This document shows positions 1 to 9,360 of a stretch of DNA of 64,000 nt, piece after piece (the first letter of the stretch is position 1; each line of letters begins with the position of its first letter). Both the position numbers and the translations under genes were made by a program. Source of the DNA: Blastocatellia bacterium (lineage in GTDB: Bacteria; Acidobacteriota; Blastocatellia; UBA7656). The stretch covers positions 2,571-66,570 of the forward strand of contig DATIFP010000214.1 in assembly GCA_035455165.1 (NCBI GenBank), written 5' to 3'. A model generated the notes under the pieces. That model saw only the letters and a list, made by a program, of their open reading frames with translations. It ran no database searches and had not been told where the DNA came from.

Positions 1-110
1 CTCATTAATTTGAAAGATGCGTGAGCCGCTGACTCCGCCGAAAGGGGATCATCCGCCTCAAAAGCAGCCAGCGGCGCGCCGGCATCCGCCCGGCGGCTCT
101 GTGTTGATCG

Positions 111-1856
111 TTATTCGACAAAGAACTGGACCGTGCTTGATCGCTTGCCGTCGGGGTTCAGCACGTAGACCTCGTGCATCCCAGGCCTCTGCTTTCGTTT
201 CACAGTTGCCAGCCTGGTCACATCGAATCCTCCAACTTCCAGACGTTCGCCGTCCACAAAAACTCCCGCGCCATCCTGAAAGTCATCTCCGTACAGGATG
301 ACTTTCTTCTTCTTGTATTGGACCTGGGATATTGATGGCGGGAGCCCGGCAGGCTTAACCACGAGTGTGAAAAACCGTTGTGAACTGTTGCCCGCAGAAT
401 CCCGAACCTGGGCGGTGAAGCTGAAGTTGCCCGCCGCGCTGGATGTCCCGAAGAGCAAACCGCTCATGGTAAGCGCGATCCCGGGCGGCGTTTGCCCGCT
501 GACGAGGTCCCAGTGATAGCCGCCAGTGCCTCCGCTTGCTTCCAGGGTCGCGGTGTAGTCGCGATCCACATTCGCGGTGGCAAGGCTCGAGGTCATGATG
601 TTCAAGCTCGGTCCGGCGGACCCTCCCGGATAAATGCTCGTGATGCCTTGAATGTCGTCGGCCATTATCGCTGCGGCGCGATTGTCGAAATGGACGTAGG
701 GCGCCATCGTCGCGCCGGAATCGGCCGAATGCCCCAGCCCAAGCGCGTGTCCCATCTCGTGGGTGGCGATTTCCTGGAGCTGCGCGCGATTCGTAAAGTT
801 ACAAAGTGCGTAAGGGTTGAACGACATATTTGCTTCGATCGCCTTAGCATATGTAGTGCCGCCGATTCTCTTCGTTTGGTTCGGCATGTACCTGACGATT
901 CCGGATACAGCTAGCAACCCGGAACAGCTTTGCGACGCCACAAAATACTTATCGCAGTTGTTGAAAGAAATGGTGTTCGAGCCATCCGCCACCTGCACGC
1001 CGCAGCCGCTTGTCGGTCCGCCGTAGCTGACACGGATTGAGGCCCCCGCTCTCGACCACGCATTCATCGCAGCTTGGATGTCTTCTTGTAGTGGCGAAAA
1101 GCTCGGCGCGCCGTTTGAATTGACGTAGAACACGACCGGTTGATTGCTATCCGCTTCGAACCAACGAGAGGGGTTGCTCGGGTTTAGAAGCACCCACATT
1201 GGAGTGAAGTCGGGACGCAAGGAGTCGAACTCGACGGGCCTCGCAAACATAGGGGTGTCTGAGTAGAATCGCTGCTCGAACGCCAGCATTCGCTGCTGGT
1301 TTGTTTCCATCAAGCGCCCGAGCAGTTGCGTGTACGCGTCTAGTTCACTGCTATCGGTCCCGACGCTCCCCGAACCAGCCATGAAGTGCACGTTCTCGCC
1401 TGCACTCTGTCGTTCAACAGTAACGCGACCGGTGGACGAATCGCGGTTTACATTGAACTTGCCGAGGAAGCCTTGATGAACTCGTAACGCGCCGTCCGGC
1501 CACGTATTCAGGTACAAGAGCACTTCCTGGCCGATCTCAAAGTGCGGCATTCCGTAGATCATCGTTCCGTGATCGACCGTTTCGCCGCCAAGTTCTTTCA
1601 CAACGATTTCCTGTTCGAGAATGCTTCCCTTCAGGACCGTATTCACTGCCAGCCGGACGTACGTATAAACATATCGGTTATTTGAATCGACTGCCGTCGA
1701 GAGTCCGAGGACCCTGCCCATTATGATTGCGCGCGATTCGACCACTAGGTCCTCGTCTCGCGGCATTACCGCGGTGGTCGCCAAGGCTGTCTGGCTCAAA
1801 GCAAGTACAAGGAGGCATCCCAGCAGTGAAAGGACGCGGCGTCTTAGTGTCGGCAT
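111..1856 (-). CDS. Secreted zinc metalloprotease, matrixin (M10)-like catalytic domain, putative Ig domain, C-terminal beta domain
   Basis: ORF 111..1886 trimmed to the Met at 1856 (GGGAAG 5 nt upstream). N-terminal signal peptide LLGCLLVLALSQTALA. Extended metzincin motif HEMGHALGLGHS followed by a Met-turn (ATMAPY). A GGTGGYHWDL...SGTP repeat typical of putative Ig (dystroglycan/cadherin-like) domains. Contains a KKKK tract encoded by (CTT)n at 303..314. Confidence 0.75.
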   Translation of the reverse strand: MPTLRRRVLSLLGCLLVLALSQTALATTAVMPRDEDLVVESRAIIMGRVLGLSTAVDSNNRYVYTYVRLAVNTVLKGSILEQEIVVKELGGETVDHGTMIYGMPHFEIGQEVLLYLNTWPDGALRVHQGFLGKFNVNRDSSTGRVTVERQSAGENVHFMAGSGSVGTDSSELDAYTQLLGRLMETNQQRMLAFEQRFYSDTPMFARPVEFDSLRPDFTPMWVLLNPSNPSRWFEADSNQPVVFYVNSNGAPSFSPLQEDIQAAMNAWSRAGASIRVSYGGPTSGCGVQVADGSNTISFNNCDKYFVASQSCSGLLAVSGIVRYMPNQTKRIGGTTYAKAIEANMSFNPYALCNFTNRAQLQEIATHEMGHALGLGHSADSGATMAPYVHFDNRAAAIMADDIQGITSIYPGGSAGPSLNIMTSSLATANVDRDYTATLEASGGTGGYHWDLVSGQTPPGIALTMSGLLFGTSSAAGNFSFTAQVRDSAGNSSQRFFTLVVKPAGLPPSISQVQYKKKKVILYGDDFQDGAGVFVDGERLEVGGFDVTRLATVKRKQRPGMHEVYVLNPDGKRSSTVQFFVE

Positions 1857-2210
1857 AGTCTTCCCGCTTGAAGGTTGTTTCTGCAATCGTGCTGGGAGCA
1901 GACGGAAACCTCGCGGGGACGGCTACATAGAGGCAAGGCTCATGCCAACAACCGATAGGGGAATGACTCCGACGCAATGCTCGCTTTGGCGCGAGATGCA
2001 CTACCCATTCTTGGAGGACGGTACGGGAGGAGGCAAGTCTCATGAGGGGGCACGGGGCGAGAGGCTTTCCCCGACTCGGTAACCTAGCCTCAAAAATGCG
2101 CGAAAAGCAGTCGCCCGTGAAAGGAAGAGCGGCGACGCCGGGCGGTCGCGAATCCACCGCCCGGCGTCGCCGTCTAGGAAGTCACAATGATCAGATCAAC
2201 TCGAACTCAT

Positions 2211-2999
2211 TCAGCGATCTGACCGAATATTGAAAACGATGGGCTGGGTGGTGACCATCCCGATCTCGGTGCCGCTTCTGAGTTCCGCTTCGTTTCCCTT
2301 TTGGAGCATGACGCCGGCGACTCCCGCACCGGCGCCGACGATCGCTCCGATTCCGGCGCCCTTTCCGCCGCCAATGACGCCTCCAAGCACCGCGCCTCCA
2401 ACGGTGCCGCCACCTATGTACCCAATGTTACGTTTCTCCGAGGAGTTGCCACTCACCTCGTTTTCGGCGTCTACTTTGCCGGCGCGAGCATCCTGAAGCT
2501 CGGTCAACGCACCGTCGAGCGGATGCTTCGTCCCATCCGGAAGGACGACCGAATCGAATTGCACGGCAAGCTGTCCCTCACGGCCCCGCGTACGAGCTGG
2601 AGACACCGAGCTAACGCGTCCTTCAACGATCGAGCCCGCCGGTATGACTTCGACGCCGCTTGCGTAAACCGGAGTCACGACTGTTGTCTGAAATCGATCG
2701 CCGACGCGCGAGGTTCGAGAGCTGAGGGTCTGATTCATCCGCAGCCGAAAGTATTGGTTTTGAGGCAGCGTATACGTGGCGTAGACCGGCCCGACGACTG
2801 CCGCGTTGGCTCCGCCGTTCTGTAACGCCGCCGTGGTTGCGCGGGTCGCGGCTGTACGCCTGGTTCTGCGTTTCAAAGCTGGATTGCAACTACAGGCTCG
2901 CTTCTTCTGCGCGGCCATGGCAACGGACTCAGACAGCGGCGCCAGCAATAGTATGGTCACGGCAGCCACTGCGATGGCGGTGACGATGCGTCTGTTCAT
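2211..2999 (-). CDS. Exported protein with C-terminal glycine-zipper (Rick_17kDa/YMGG-like) segment
   Basis: Start moved to the ATG at 2999 (GAGGAGGGAGT immediately upstream). Signal peptide MNRRIVTAIAVAAVTILLLAPL. C-terminal GGGTVGGAVLGGVIGGGKGAGIGAIVGAGAGVAGV glycine zipper. Confidence 0.6.
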   Translation of the reverse strand: MNRRIVTAIAVAAVTILLLAPLSESVAMAAQKKRACSCNPALKRRTRRTAATRATTAALQNGGANAAVVGPVYATYTLPQNQYFRLRMNQTLSSRTSRVGDRFQTTVVTPVYASGVEVIPAGSIVEGRVSSVSPARTRGREGQLAVQFDSVVLPDGTKHPLDGALTELQDARAGKVDAENEVSGNSSEKRNIGYIGGGTVGGAVLGGVIGGGKGAGIGAIVGAGAGVAGVMLQKGNEAELRSGTEIGMVTTQPIVFNIRSDR

Positions 3000-3204
3000 A
3001 CTCCCTCCTCGGATGGTTCGTGCTAATGGTGGAAAGATGCTCGAAAGCGGTGGTGGGATGAAACTACCCAGCCGGGGTGTTGCCTCTGAAAACTGCCAAT
3101 AAGCCAGAATTATTGGTGAAAGTCGCGCTTGGTAGGAATTCTCAATCCCCAATCAGCCTCTCCAGGACCGCTATGGTCGCTACCGGAACGGCGTTACGAG
3201 AATC

Positions 3205-3837
3205 CTAGGCGTCCATGTCATAAGCCACTTTGAGCCAGTGCCTGACTTCGTCGTCGATTTCTTCGACCGAGCTAATCGGAATCCGGTGAGTTATTCGATC
3301 TTTCTTAGCGAACCCGCCCGTATCGATCAGACGTCCGGTCGCTTTCATATCCTTCAACGCGAATCCCATGTCGATCCGCGTCTGGGTCGTGGGTTTGATT
3401 TGCGCGAACACGTGATTTCGATACAGAGGAACGATAGTCTGGCACGGGGAGGCCTTTGCGTCTTTGCCGATACCGAGGCCAAGTTTGAGCAAGGCATCGT
3501 AGATTGGCCGAAGCGACGCTCTTGGGCCGGCGAACATTTCGTCGACGTACCTCTCGGCGGCCGCCAGATAAGCTTCGGGGTCTCCGTCTTCACCGCCCTT
3601 GCCTTCGGCTCTCTCCGCAAGCCACCACGCGCTGTTGGTGCCAAGCCCATGTTCCTGCTTGAGCCACTCCCGACGTTCCTTCTCGGTCTTAGGCCCGTGC
3701 TTCTTAATGAAGCTGAGCCACTGCTCAAGGCTCTTGCCGGTCTTCGAAGGAAGCTCGCTGACCCACTTCTGAACCATCACGACGCCCGGATGAACGCCGT
3801 ATACGGATTTGGTCTTTTTCCTGTTTGCGCTAGCCAT
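3205..3837 (-). CDS. DUF4287/DUF5655 family protein
   Basis: Motif WLSFIKKHGPKTEKERREWLKQEHGLG is characteristic of DUF4287. Start placed at MASANRKK (ATG 3837, GGAG upstream). The antisense ORF 3238..3882 is rejected. Confidence 0.6.
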   Translation of the reverse strand: MASANRKKTKSVYGVHPGVVMVQKWVSELPSKTGKSLEQWLSFIKKHGPKTEKERREWLKQEHGLGTNSAWWLAERAEGKGGEDGDPEAYLAAAERYVDEMFAGPRASLRPIYDALLKLGLGIGKDAKASPCQTIVPLYRNHVFAQIKPTTQTRIDMGFALKDMKATGRLIDTGGFAKKDRITHRIPISSVEEIDDEVRHWLKVAYDMDA

Positions 3838-3856
3838 TGGAGTTCCAGCTCCTTTT

Positions 3857-4471
3857 CTATTTCCTTCGCGCATAGGCCGTGACCTGACGCGGACCCGGCT
3901 TGCCGACTGGAGTCTTCCCGCTCAACTCAACTTCGAAATGGTCGTCGTCATTCAGCCGCATTATCACCACCAGCTTCTCCTTTGCGGCGCCAACGCCGTT
4001 GAAGCTGGCAGCCAGGTTGATCGTCCTGCCGCGGTCCGCGGCTGTTCCGTTAAGCGTCATTATCGCGGTGGACATCGTGTAGGTCCAGACACCTTCGTAT
4101 TGCTTGCTCGCATTGTTGTAGCCTAAGAGCCTAAAGCCCTTCAACGGCTGATTCATAAACGTGCCTGAATTGTCCTCCACCAGAAAGCGGCCGTCGAGCG
4201 TCATCGACAACTTAGCCTCTCCCGTGGATTCCATGGCTGGCGCACCTGGCTGCACATAGAACTTCGACACAGTGGTGTATTCGCCTGCGAGACTAGCGAG
4301 CCTCGCGTGCGGCGGGCCAGGCGCAGCATCTTGCATGTCGCGCCGCATCCTCTCGTCCGGGGATGGCTGCGATTTCGAAACCGCTTTCTTTTGCTTCGTT
4401 TGTGCTCCGACTGTCACGACTAACGAGATCGATATCAGGAAAAGAACGATCGTCGAATTTATCACTTTCAT
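3857..4471 (-). CDS. Secreted hypothetical protein (DUF1579-like)
   Basis: Clear signal peptide MKVINSTIVLFLISISLVVTVGA. 204 aa. Family assignment is by general resemblance only. Confidence 0.5.
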   Translation of the reverse strand: MKVINSTIVLFLISISLVVTVGAQTKQKKAVSKSQPSPDERMRRDMQDAAPGPPHARLASLAGEYTTVSKFYVQPGAPAMESTGEAKLSMTLDGRFLVEDNSGTFMNQPLKGFRLLGYNNASKQYEGVWTYTMSTAIMTLNGTAADRGRTINLAASFNGVGAAKEKLVVIMRLNDDDHFEVELSGKTPVGKPGPRQVTAYARRK

Positions 4472-4507
4472 CTTTATGCTCCTTGAGCCTGGTGCGAGAC
4501 TGTCCGG

Positions 4508-4960
4508 TCAGTCTTCTCTGTGTTGGGTCAGGCTGAACCAGTTGCCGGAGTTGTCCTTGAAAATCGCCTCGATACCGTAAGGGCGTTCGGCGGGCGGCGA
4601 AAGAAACTCGACGCCGTTTCCGGATAGTTCTTCGTAGGTGGCCTGACAGTTTGGTGTGTTGAACACTCCAGCTCCGAGCTTTCCTCCTTCGATCAGCGCC
4701 CTCAACTGATTAGCTGCTTCCTCCTCAAACATGAATCCAGGTTTTGGCTCCATCAGAATGATCTCGAAGTCGGATTGATCTTTGGGAGCGACGGTCAGCC
4801 AGCGAAAGCCGCCATCCATCGTTACGTCGTTGATGACTTGAAAGCCGAGTTTGTCTCGGTAGAACTCGAGCGCCTTGTCCTGGTCGGTTACATAGATCGT
4901 CGCGTGCGACATTTTTGAGATCATATCTGTCTCCTTTTCTAAGATCGGCCAGCCCGACAA
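4508..4960 (-). CDS. VOC family protein (glyoxalase/bleomycin-resistance fold)
   Basis: MSHATIYVTDQDKALEFYRDKLGFQV is typical of glyoxalase-like VOC proteins. The true start may be an internal Met near 4924. Confidence 0.7.
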   Translation of the reverse strand: MSGWPILEKETDMISKMSHATIYVTDQDKALEFYRDKLGFQVINDVTMDGGFRWLTVAPKDQSDFEIILMEPKPGFMFEEEAANQLRALIEGGKLGAGVFNTPNCQATYEELSGNGVEFLSPPAERPYGIEAIFKDNSGNWFSLTQHRED

Positions 4961-5083
4961 ACGTCGGCTTTGTCGACTCCTAAGCTCAATCGCGGTATTC
5001 GAGACATCCGCGACAAACTGGAACGTTTGTCGGACATTCGAGAGGATAAATCAAGCGCTGGTGATCTGGCTTCTCGAAAATTG

Positions 5084-5545
5084 CTAATTTGGTTTTGCGG
5101 TGGAAAGGCCCTCGACGCGATGCATCATCAGGAAGCAAGCGGGCACTCGCCGTTGCTTTTCGAGACGGCGTTCGAAGATTATCGCTCGATAGGTGATCGG
5201 CGGATGTCCGACGTGTTTGTGAAACAAGCTGCTGAACGAGCCAAGACTCTCAAAGCCCACCTCGAAGCAAACATCCGTTACCGTCAGACCGCTTGAAGAA
5301 AGCAACTCTTTCGCTTTCTCAATGCGCCGCTGAGTCAGATACTGATGCGGGGTTTTGTTGAACGCCCTTCTGAAGAGCCTCAAGAAATGATAGCGAGACA
5401 GGCAGGCCTCGCTGGAGATCTGCTCCAGGTCCAGAGGGAGGTGGTAGCAGTCGTCGATGAACGCCCGAGCGCGCACCAACCTTTGAAATGTATCCGCGTT
5501 TGCATTTGAAAGTCGGTCGGTGATCTCTTGTTCTTGTCTCTCCAT
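5084..5545 (-). CDS. AraC family transcriptional regulator
   Basis: C-terminal HTH_18 signature (LSRYHFLRLFRRAFNKTPHQYLTQRRIEKAKELL...TDVCFEVGFESLGSFSSLFHKHVGHPP). Start at MERQEQE (ATG 5545, GAGGA upstream). Confidence 0.75.
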   Translation of the reverse strand: MERQEQEITDRLSNANADTFQRLVRARAFIDDCYHLPLDLEQISSEACLSRYHFLRLFRRAFNKTPHQYLTQRRIEKAKELLSSSGLTVTDVCFEVGFESLGSFSSLFHKHVGHPPITYRAIIFERRLEKQRRVPACFLMMHRVEGLSTAKPN

Positions 5546-5637
5546 CACGTCCTCACTGCTCCCGGCCGGCTTTCGCGGAACGGGGCAGCGGCCAGTATAC
5601 ACCAGGGGCCGTGGGGGCTTTCAATCGGACGAGGGCT

Positions 5638-7482
5638 TCACGCCTTGGTTTGAGCTCCGGCTGGCTGGGCCGTTTCGGAAGCCTTCAAATTCGCAAAGTG
5701 TTCGACGATCCGGCGAGCTTCGCGCGAACCAACAAACGGCGCCAACTCTGCAAAGCTCGCCTCGGATACGCGTTTCAAGCTCCCAAAGTTTCGCAGCAAC
5801 CGCGCCTTTAACTTGTCCCCGACCCCGGGTATCGAGGTCAGTTCGCTCTCGAAGTCGCGCATCGCGCGCCGCTGCCGGTGATACGTAATCGCAAACCGGT
5901 GCGTCTCGTCGCGGATCATCTGAATCAAATGCAGCACCGGTGAATGGTGATCGATCCGAATCGGCTCCTCCTTGCCTTTCACAAAGAGCAGCTCTTCTCG
6001 TTTTGCGATCGACGCGCTCGGCAGAGCTTCGAGCCCAAGCTCGTGAAGCGCTCGCGCTGCCGCCGCGAGCTGGCCCTTGCCGCCATCGATAAGGACAAGG
6101 TCCGGCAGTTCTTTGTTTTCACGCAGTAACCGCGAGTACCGCCGCCCGACCACTTCATACATCGACTGGAAATCATCGGCCTTGCCCTCGACCGTTCGAA
6201 CCTTGAATTTCCGATAGTCTGATTTCTTCATCGCGCCGTGCTCACACACCACCATCGACGCGACGTTCTCGGCGCCTTGAATGTTCGAGATGTCGAACGA
6301 CTCGATGCGATCCGGCAGCGTCGGCAATTCGAGGATCTCGCGAAGCTCGTCCAGCACCTTTTGCATGTCCGGCCGCTGCATGCGAAATCGCTGATCGAAG
6401 TTCAATCGGGCGTTCTTCTCGACCAGATCGATCAGGTCGCGTTTGACGCCACGTTGCGGCGAGAAGATGTGCACTCGGCGTCCGCGCTGGCCAGTCAGAT
6501 ATTCCTCGAGCAGCTCGCGGTCTTCAAAATCGACCGGCACGTAGATTTCGCCCGGCGCGTAATCGCCCGCGGTGTAGTACTGCTTGAGCGCCTGGCCGAT
6601 GAACGCCGCGGGATCGAAAGGATCCGCAATCTCCTCCCAGTAGAACTCGCGCTTGCCGACCACTTTTCCTTCCCGCATCGTGAACAGCGAAAGCGCGACG
6701 AGCGCGCCCTCGCGATAGTAGCCGAAGATGTCGATGTCATCGCGCGAGATGACCATCACCTTCTGTTGTTCGCCGAGTTTCTGAATCGTCTTGAGCTGGT
6801 CGCGATAGCGCGCCGCGGCTTCATACTGCAACTCGTCTGAAGCCTGCTGCATGCGCCGTTTGAGCTCAGTCTCGAGGTCGGCTGTCTTGCCTTGCAACAG
6901 CAGCCCGACGTCGCGAACGGCTTCCGTGTATTGCTCGATTGAACACAGCCGGCTGACGCATGGGCCCAGACAACGCTTGATGTGATATTCGAGGCAGGGG
7001 CGATCGGCCTTGCCGTCGATCTCCATCGTGCAGGTTCGAAGCTGAAAGTTCTTGTTGATCAGATCCAGCGTGTTCCACGCGAGCGAGACCGGCAGGAACG
7101 GTCCGTAATACTCAGCGCCGTCCTTCAGGATCTTTCGAGCGATCATCGCGCGCGGCGCGCGTTCGTTAGTCACTTTTATATGTGGATACTGCTTGTCGTC
7201 CTTAAGAAGCACGTTGAAGATAGGCTTGTGCTTCTTGATCAGATTGCATTCAAGCGCGAGCGCCTCGATTTCGTTGTCGGTCACGATCAACTCGAGGTCG
7301 TCGATGCGCGCGATCAAATCGCCGGTCTTGAATTCGGTCGCGCGGTCGGAATGAAAGTACTGGCGAACACGATTCCGAAGGTTCTTCGCCTTACCGACGT
7401 ATATGATCTTGCCGCGTTTGTCGCGAAAGAGATAGCAACCGGGTTGCGTCGGCAGACTAGAGAGTTTGTCTGGAAGAGACAT
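5638..7482 (-). CDS. uvrC: Excinuclease ABC subunit C
   Basis: N-terminal GIY-YIG motif (GCYLFRDKRGKIIYVGKAKNLRNRVRQYF). Full-length UvrC architecture with a C-terminal HhH. Start set at MSLPDKL (ATG 7482), which aligns with the E. coli UvrC N-terminus. Confidence 0.95.
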   Translation of the reverse strand: MSLPDKLSSLPTQPGCYLFRDKRGKIIYVGKAKNLRNRVRQYFHSDRATEFKTGDLIARIDDLELIVTDNEIEALALECNLIKKHKPIFNVLLKDDKQYPHIKVTNERAPRAMIARKILKDGAEYYGPFLPVSLAWNTLDLINKNFQLRTCTMEIDGKADRPCLEYHIKRCLGPCVSRLCSIEQYTEAVRDVGLLLQGKTADLETELKRRMQQASDELQYEAAARYRDQLKTIQKLGEQQKVMVISRDDIDIFGYYREGALVALSLFTMREGKVVGKREFYWEEIADPFDPAAFIGQALKQYYTAGDYAPGEIYVPVDFEDRELLEEYLTGQRGRRVHIFSPQRGVKRDLIDLVEKNARLNFDQRFRMQRPDMQKVLDELREILELPTLPDRIESFDISNIQGAENVASMVVCEHGAMKKSDYRKFKVRTVEGKADDFQSMYEVVGRRYSRLLRENKELPDLVLIDGGKGQLAAAARALHELGLEALPSASIAKREELLFVKGKEEPIRIDHHSPVLHLIQMIRDETHRFAITYHRQRRAMRDFESELTSIPGVGDKLKARLLRNFGSLKRVSEASFAELAPFVGSREARRIVEHFANLKASETAQPAGAQTKA

Positions 7483-7495
7483 CGTCAGACTTGTA

Positions 7496-7641
7496 GGGGC
7501 GGCCCTCCGTGGCCGCCCCAGAATGGTCAATCCCTCAACGATCCAGGCCTCTAAGCCGGCGCAGTCCTCCGTGGCCGCCCCAGAATGGTCAATCCCTCAT
7601 CGATCCAGGCCTTAGCCGGGGGCGGCCACGGAGGGCCGCCC
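7496..7641. repeat. Composite intergenic repeat: two ~50-bp direct repeats 62 bp apart, flanked by a 21-bp GC-rich inverted repeat
   Basis: cctccgtggccgccccagaatggtcaatccctcaacgatccaggcct occurs at 7504 and 7566 with one mismatch. The flanking arms gggcggccctccgtggccgcc (7497-7517) and ggcggccacggagggccgccc (7620-7640) are reverse complements. Confidence 0.8.
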
Positions 7642-7645
7642 GTAC

Positions 7646-8410
7646 CTACTCGAGCTTAAACAGCGGCACGTACTTGCCTTCCTCAAAGCGAAACTTGACG
7701 TTCCCTTCAAACCGGCGAATACCCGAAACGCCCGCGCCGCTAGCAAGCGTGGGCATTCTCAGCGTGCCTTCATATTGATTGTAGTCGATCGTCGCGTTGA
7801 ACGTTCTCATCTTGCTCGCTTCCTTATCCAGTGCTTCGAGGTTATGAAGCCCCTCGATCTTTATCGTCATGACTTCGCCCGTCTGCGGATCGAGTTGCGC
7901 GATGCCTGACGCCAACGCCTTGTCGGTCACTTCGGCCTTGGGTACAAAGCGAAACCATCTTTCGTTCTTGCGCTCGGAAACGACTTCCTGGAAGTTGTAG
8001 AACTTGACGCGTTCCGGGAGCAGCGGAAAGAACGCCACATCCCAGACTGCACCGAACGAGAGCAACGTCGGTTCATCCTCCTTCACTCTGTCTTTCGGAT
8101 TTCCCTTCTTATCGGTGTCGGAGACGACGCGAACGATGACCGGCACAGCGCCTGTTTTGTCGGGCTTCTTGGCGGGTTCGACGGTGACGGTCGTATCGCG
8201 TGTCTCTTCGAGCGACTCCTTATCACCTTTGACTTTGAACCGCTCGACGTGAATCCGCTGCTCGTAGCGGCAGTGATCGCGAAAGTAGAGCGACCGGTCC
8301 TGATTTGCTGCGGCCTTGCAAATCAGCTCCGGAGCATCGCAGGTCTGGGCGCCTGCGCTTGAGGCTCCGAGCGCGATGGCAGCAAGTGAAATGACGATAA
8401 GGTGTCTCAT
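7646..8410 (-). CDS. Secreted hypothetical protein
   Basis: ATG start with GGGGAG upstream. Signal peptide MRHLIVISLAAIALGASSAGAQ. No recognisable catalytic motif. Confidence 0.6.
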   Translation of the reverse strand: MRHLIVISLAAIALGASSAGAQTCDAPELICKAAANQDRSLYFRDHCRYEQRIHVERFKVKGDKESLEETRDTTVTVEPAKKPDKTGAVPVIVRVVSDTDKKGNPKDRVKEDEPTLLSFGAVWDVAFFPLLPERVKFYNFQEVVSERKNERWFRFVPKAEVTDKALASGIAQLDPQTGEVMTIKIEGLHNLEALDKEASKMRTFNATIDYNQYEGTLRMPTLASGAGVSGIRRFEGNVKFRFEEGKYVPLFKLE

Positions 8411-8580
8411 CGACTTCTTGACTCCCCAAACGTTTTTAAGGTATTAACTTAGCGTCGCTCATCAAGAGTATAGGTGAGTTGATGACATCACGGCAAACGT
8501 CACCACTCTAGCGCCTCTCAGTTCGAGCTGACAGCGCTTTGCCTCGATTGGGAAATCAAAAAGGTAATGGAGGCTCCCAT

Positions 8581-9273
8581 ATGAAGCTTAAGGCGATGGC
8601 TGTAGTCGGCATCGCAGCAGCAGTCCTGCTTGGCAACGCTTGCGCAACCAAGAAGTACGTCCGAAATCGGGTGAATGAACGGGCCACTCCGCTCGAAAGC
8701 CGCACCGGCGAGTTGGAAGAAACCTCGCGACGCAACACCCAGGACATCGGACGACTGGGTAAGGACATTGAAGAAGTGCGGCAACGAACTGATCGCGCTC
8801 AGCAACAGGCCGACCGCGCGGCCTCTTCAGCCGAACAGGCCAACACTCGTGTGACCGGGGTCGAACAGACGGTTTCAGATCTGCGAACCAACCTCGACAA
8901 GTACACCGTCCAGAAGACGGTGACCATCCAGTTCAAGGCGGGCAAATCAGACCTGCTTCCCGAGGCGACCGCCGCGCTGGATGAGCTCGCCAGCCAGATC
9001 AAAGATCGTAACGGCTTCCTTCTTGAGATCGAAGGCTTCGCTTCGGCCGAAGGTAAAGCTGACCTGAACGACCGGTTGAGCCAGGCCCGCTCGGAAGCGG
9101 TCAAGAGATACATGGCCGAGCAGCACAACGTACCGCTGTTTCGAATGTCGATACTCGGCTTCGGCACCAGCCGGCCGGTCGCCGACAACGAAACCAAAGA
9201 AGGCCGCGAACAGAACCGTCGCGTCGAAGTTCGACTGCTGACCAACAACGCCGTCAGCCAGCAGACACGTTGA
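8581..9273 (+). CDS. OmpA family lipoprotein (N-terminal coiled coil, C-terminal OmpA-like peptidoglycan-binding domain)
   Basis: ATG 8581 preceded by GGAGG. Signal peptide plus a Cys (LLGNAC). C-terminal OmpA_C signature (NRRVEVRLL, GFASAEG..LNDRLSQARSEAV). Confidence 0.8.
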   Translation: MKLKAMAVVGIAAAVLLGNACATKKYVRNRVNERATPLESRTGELEETSRRNTQDIGRLGKDIEEVRQRTDRAQQQADRAASSAEQANTRVTGVEQTVSDLRTNLDKYTVQKTVTIQFKAGKSDLLPEATAALDELASQIKDRNGFLLEIEGFASAEGKADLNDRLSQARSEAVKRYMAEQHNVPLFRMSILGFGTSRPVADNETKEGREQNRRVEVRLLTNNAVSQQTR

Positions 9274-9360
9274 GATTCAAACACGGATCGACTGGATTAG
9301 CAGGATAGCCCGATTCTCAATCATCCTGCTGATCCCGTCCATCCTGTTTGAATTCTACCG

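Noticed and set aside
3238-3882. 214-aa ORF antisense to the DUF4287 gene
   Set aside because: It is fully embedded opposite a gene with a clear family motif. It has no RBS and its composition is low-complexity Arg/Pro-rich, typical of high-GC antisense frames.
6238-6840. 200-aa ORF antisense within uvrC (also 6982..7554)
   Set aside because: uvrC is unambiguous on the other strand. These are spurious high-GC frames.
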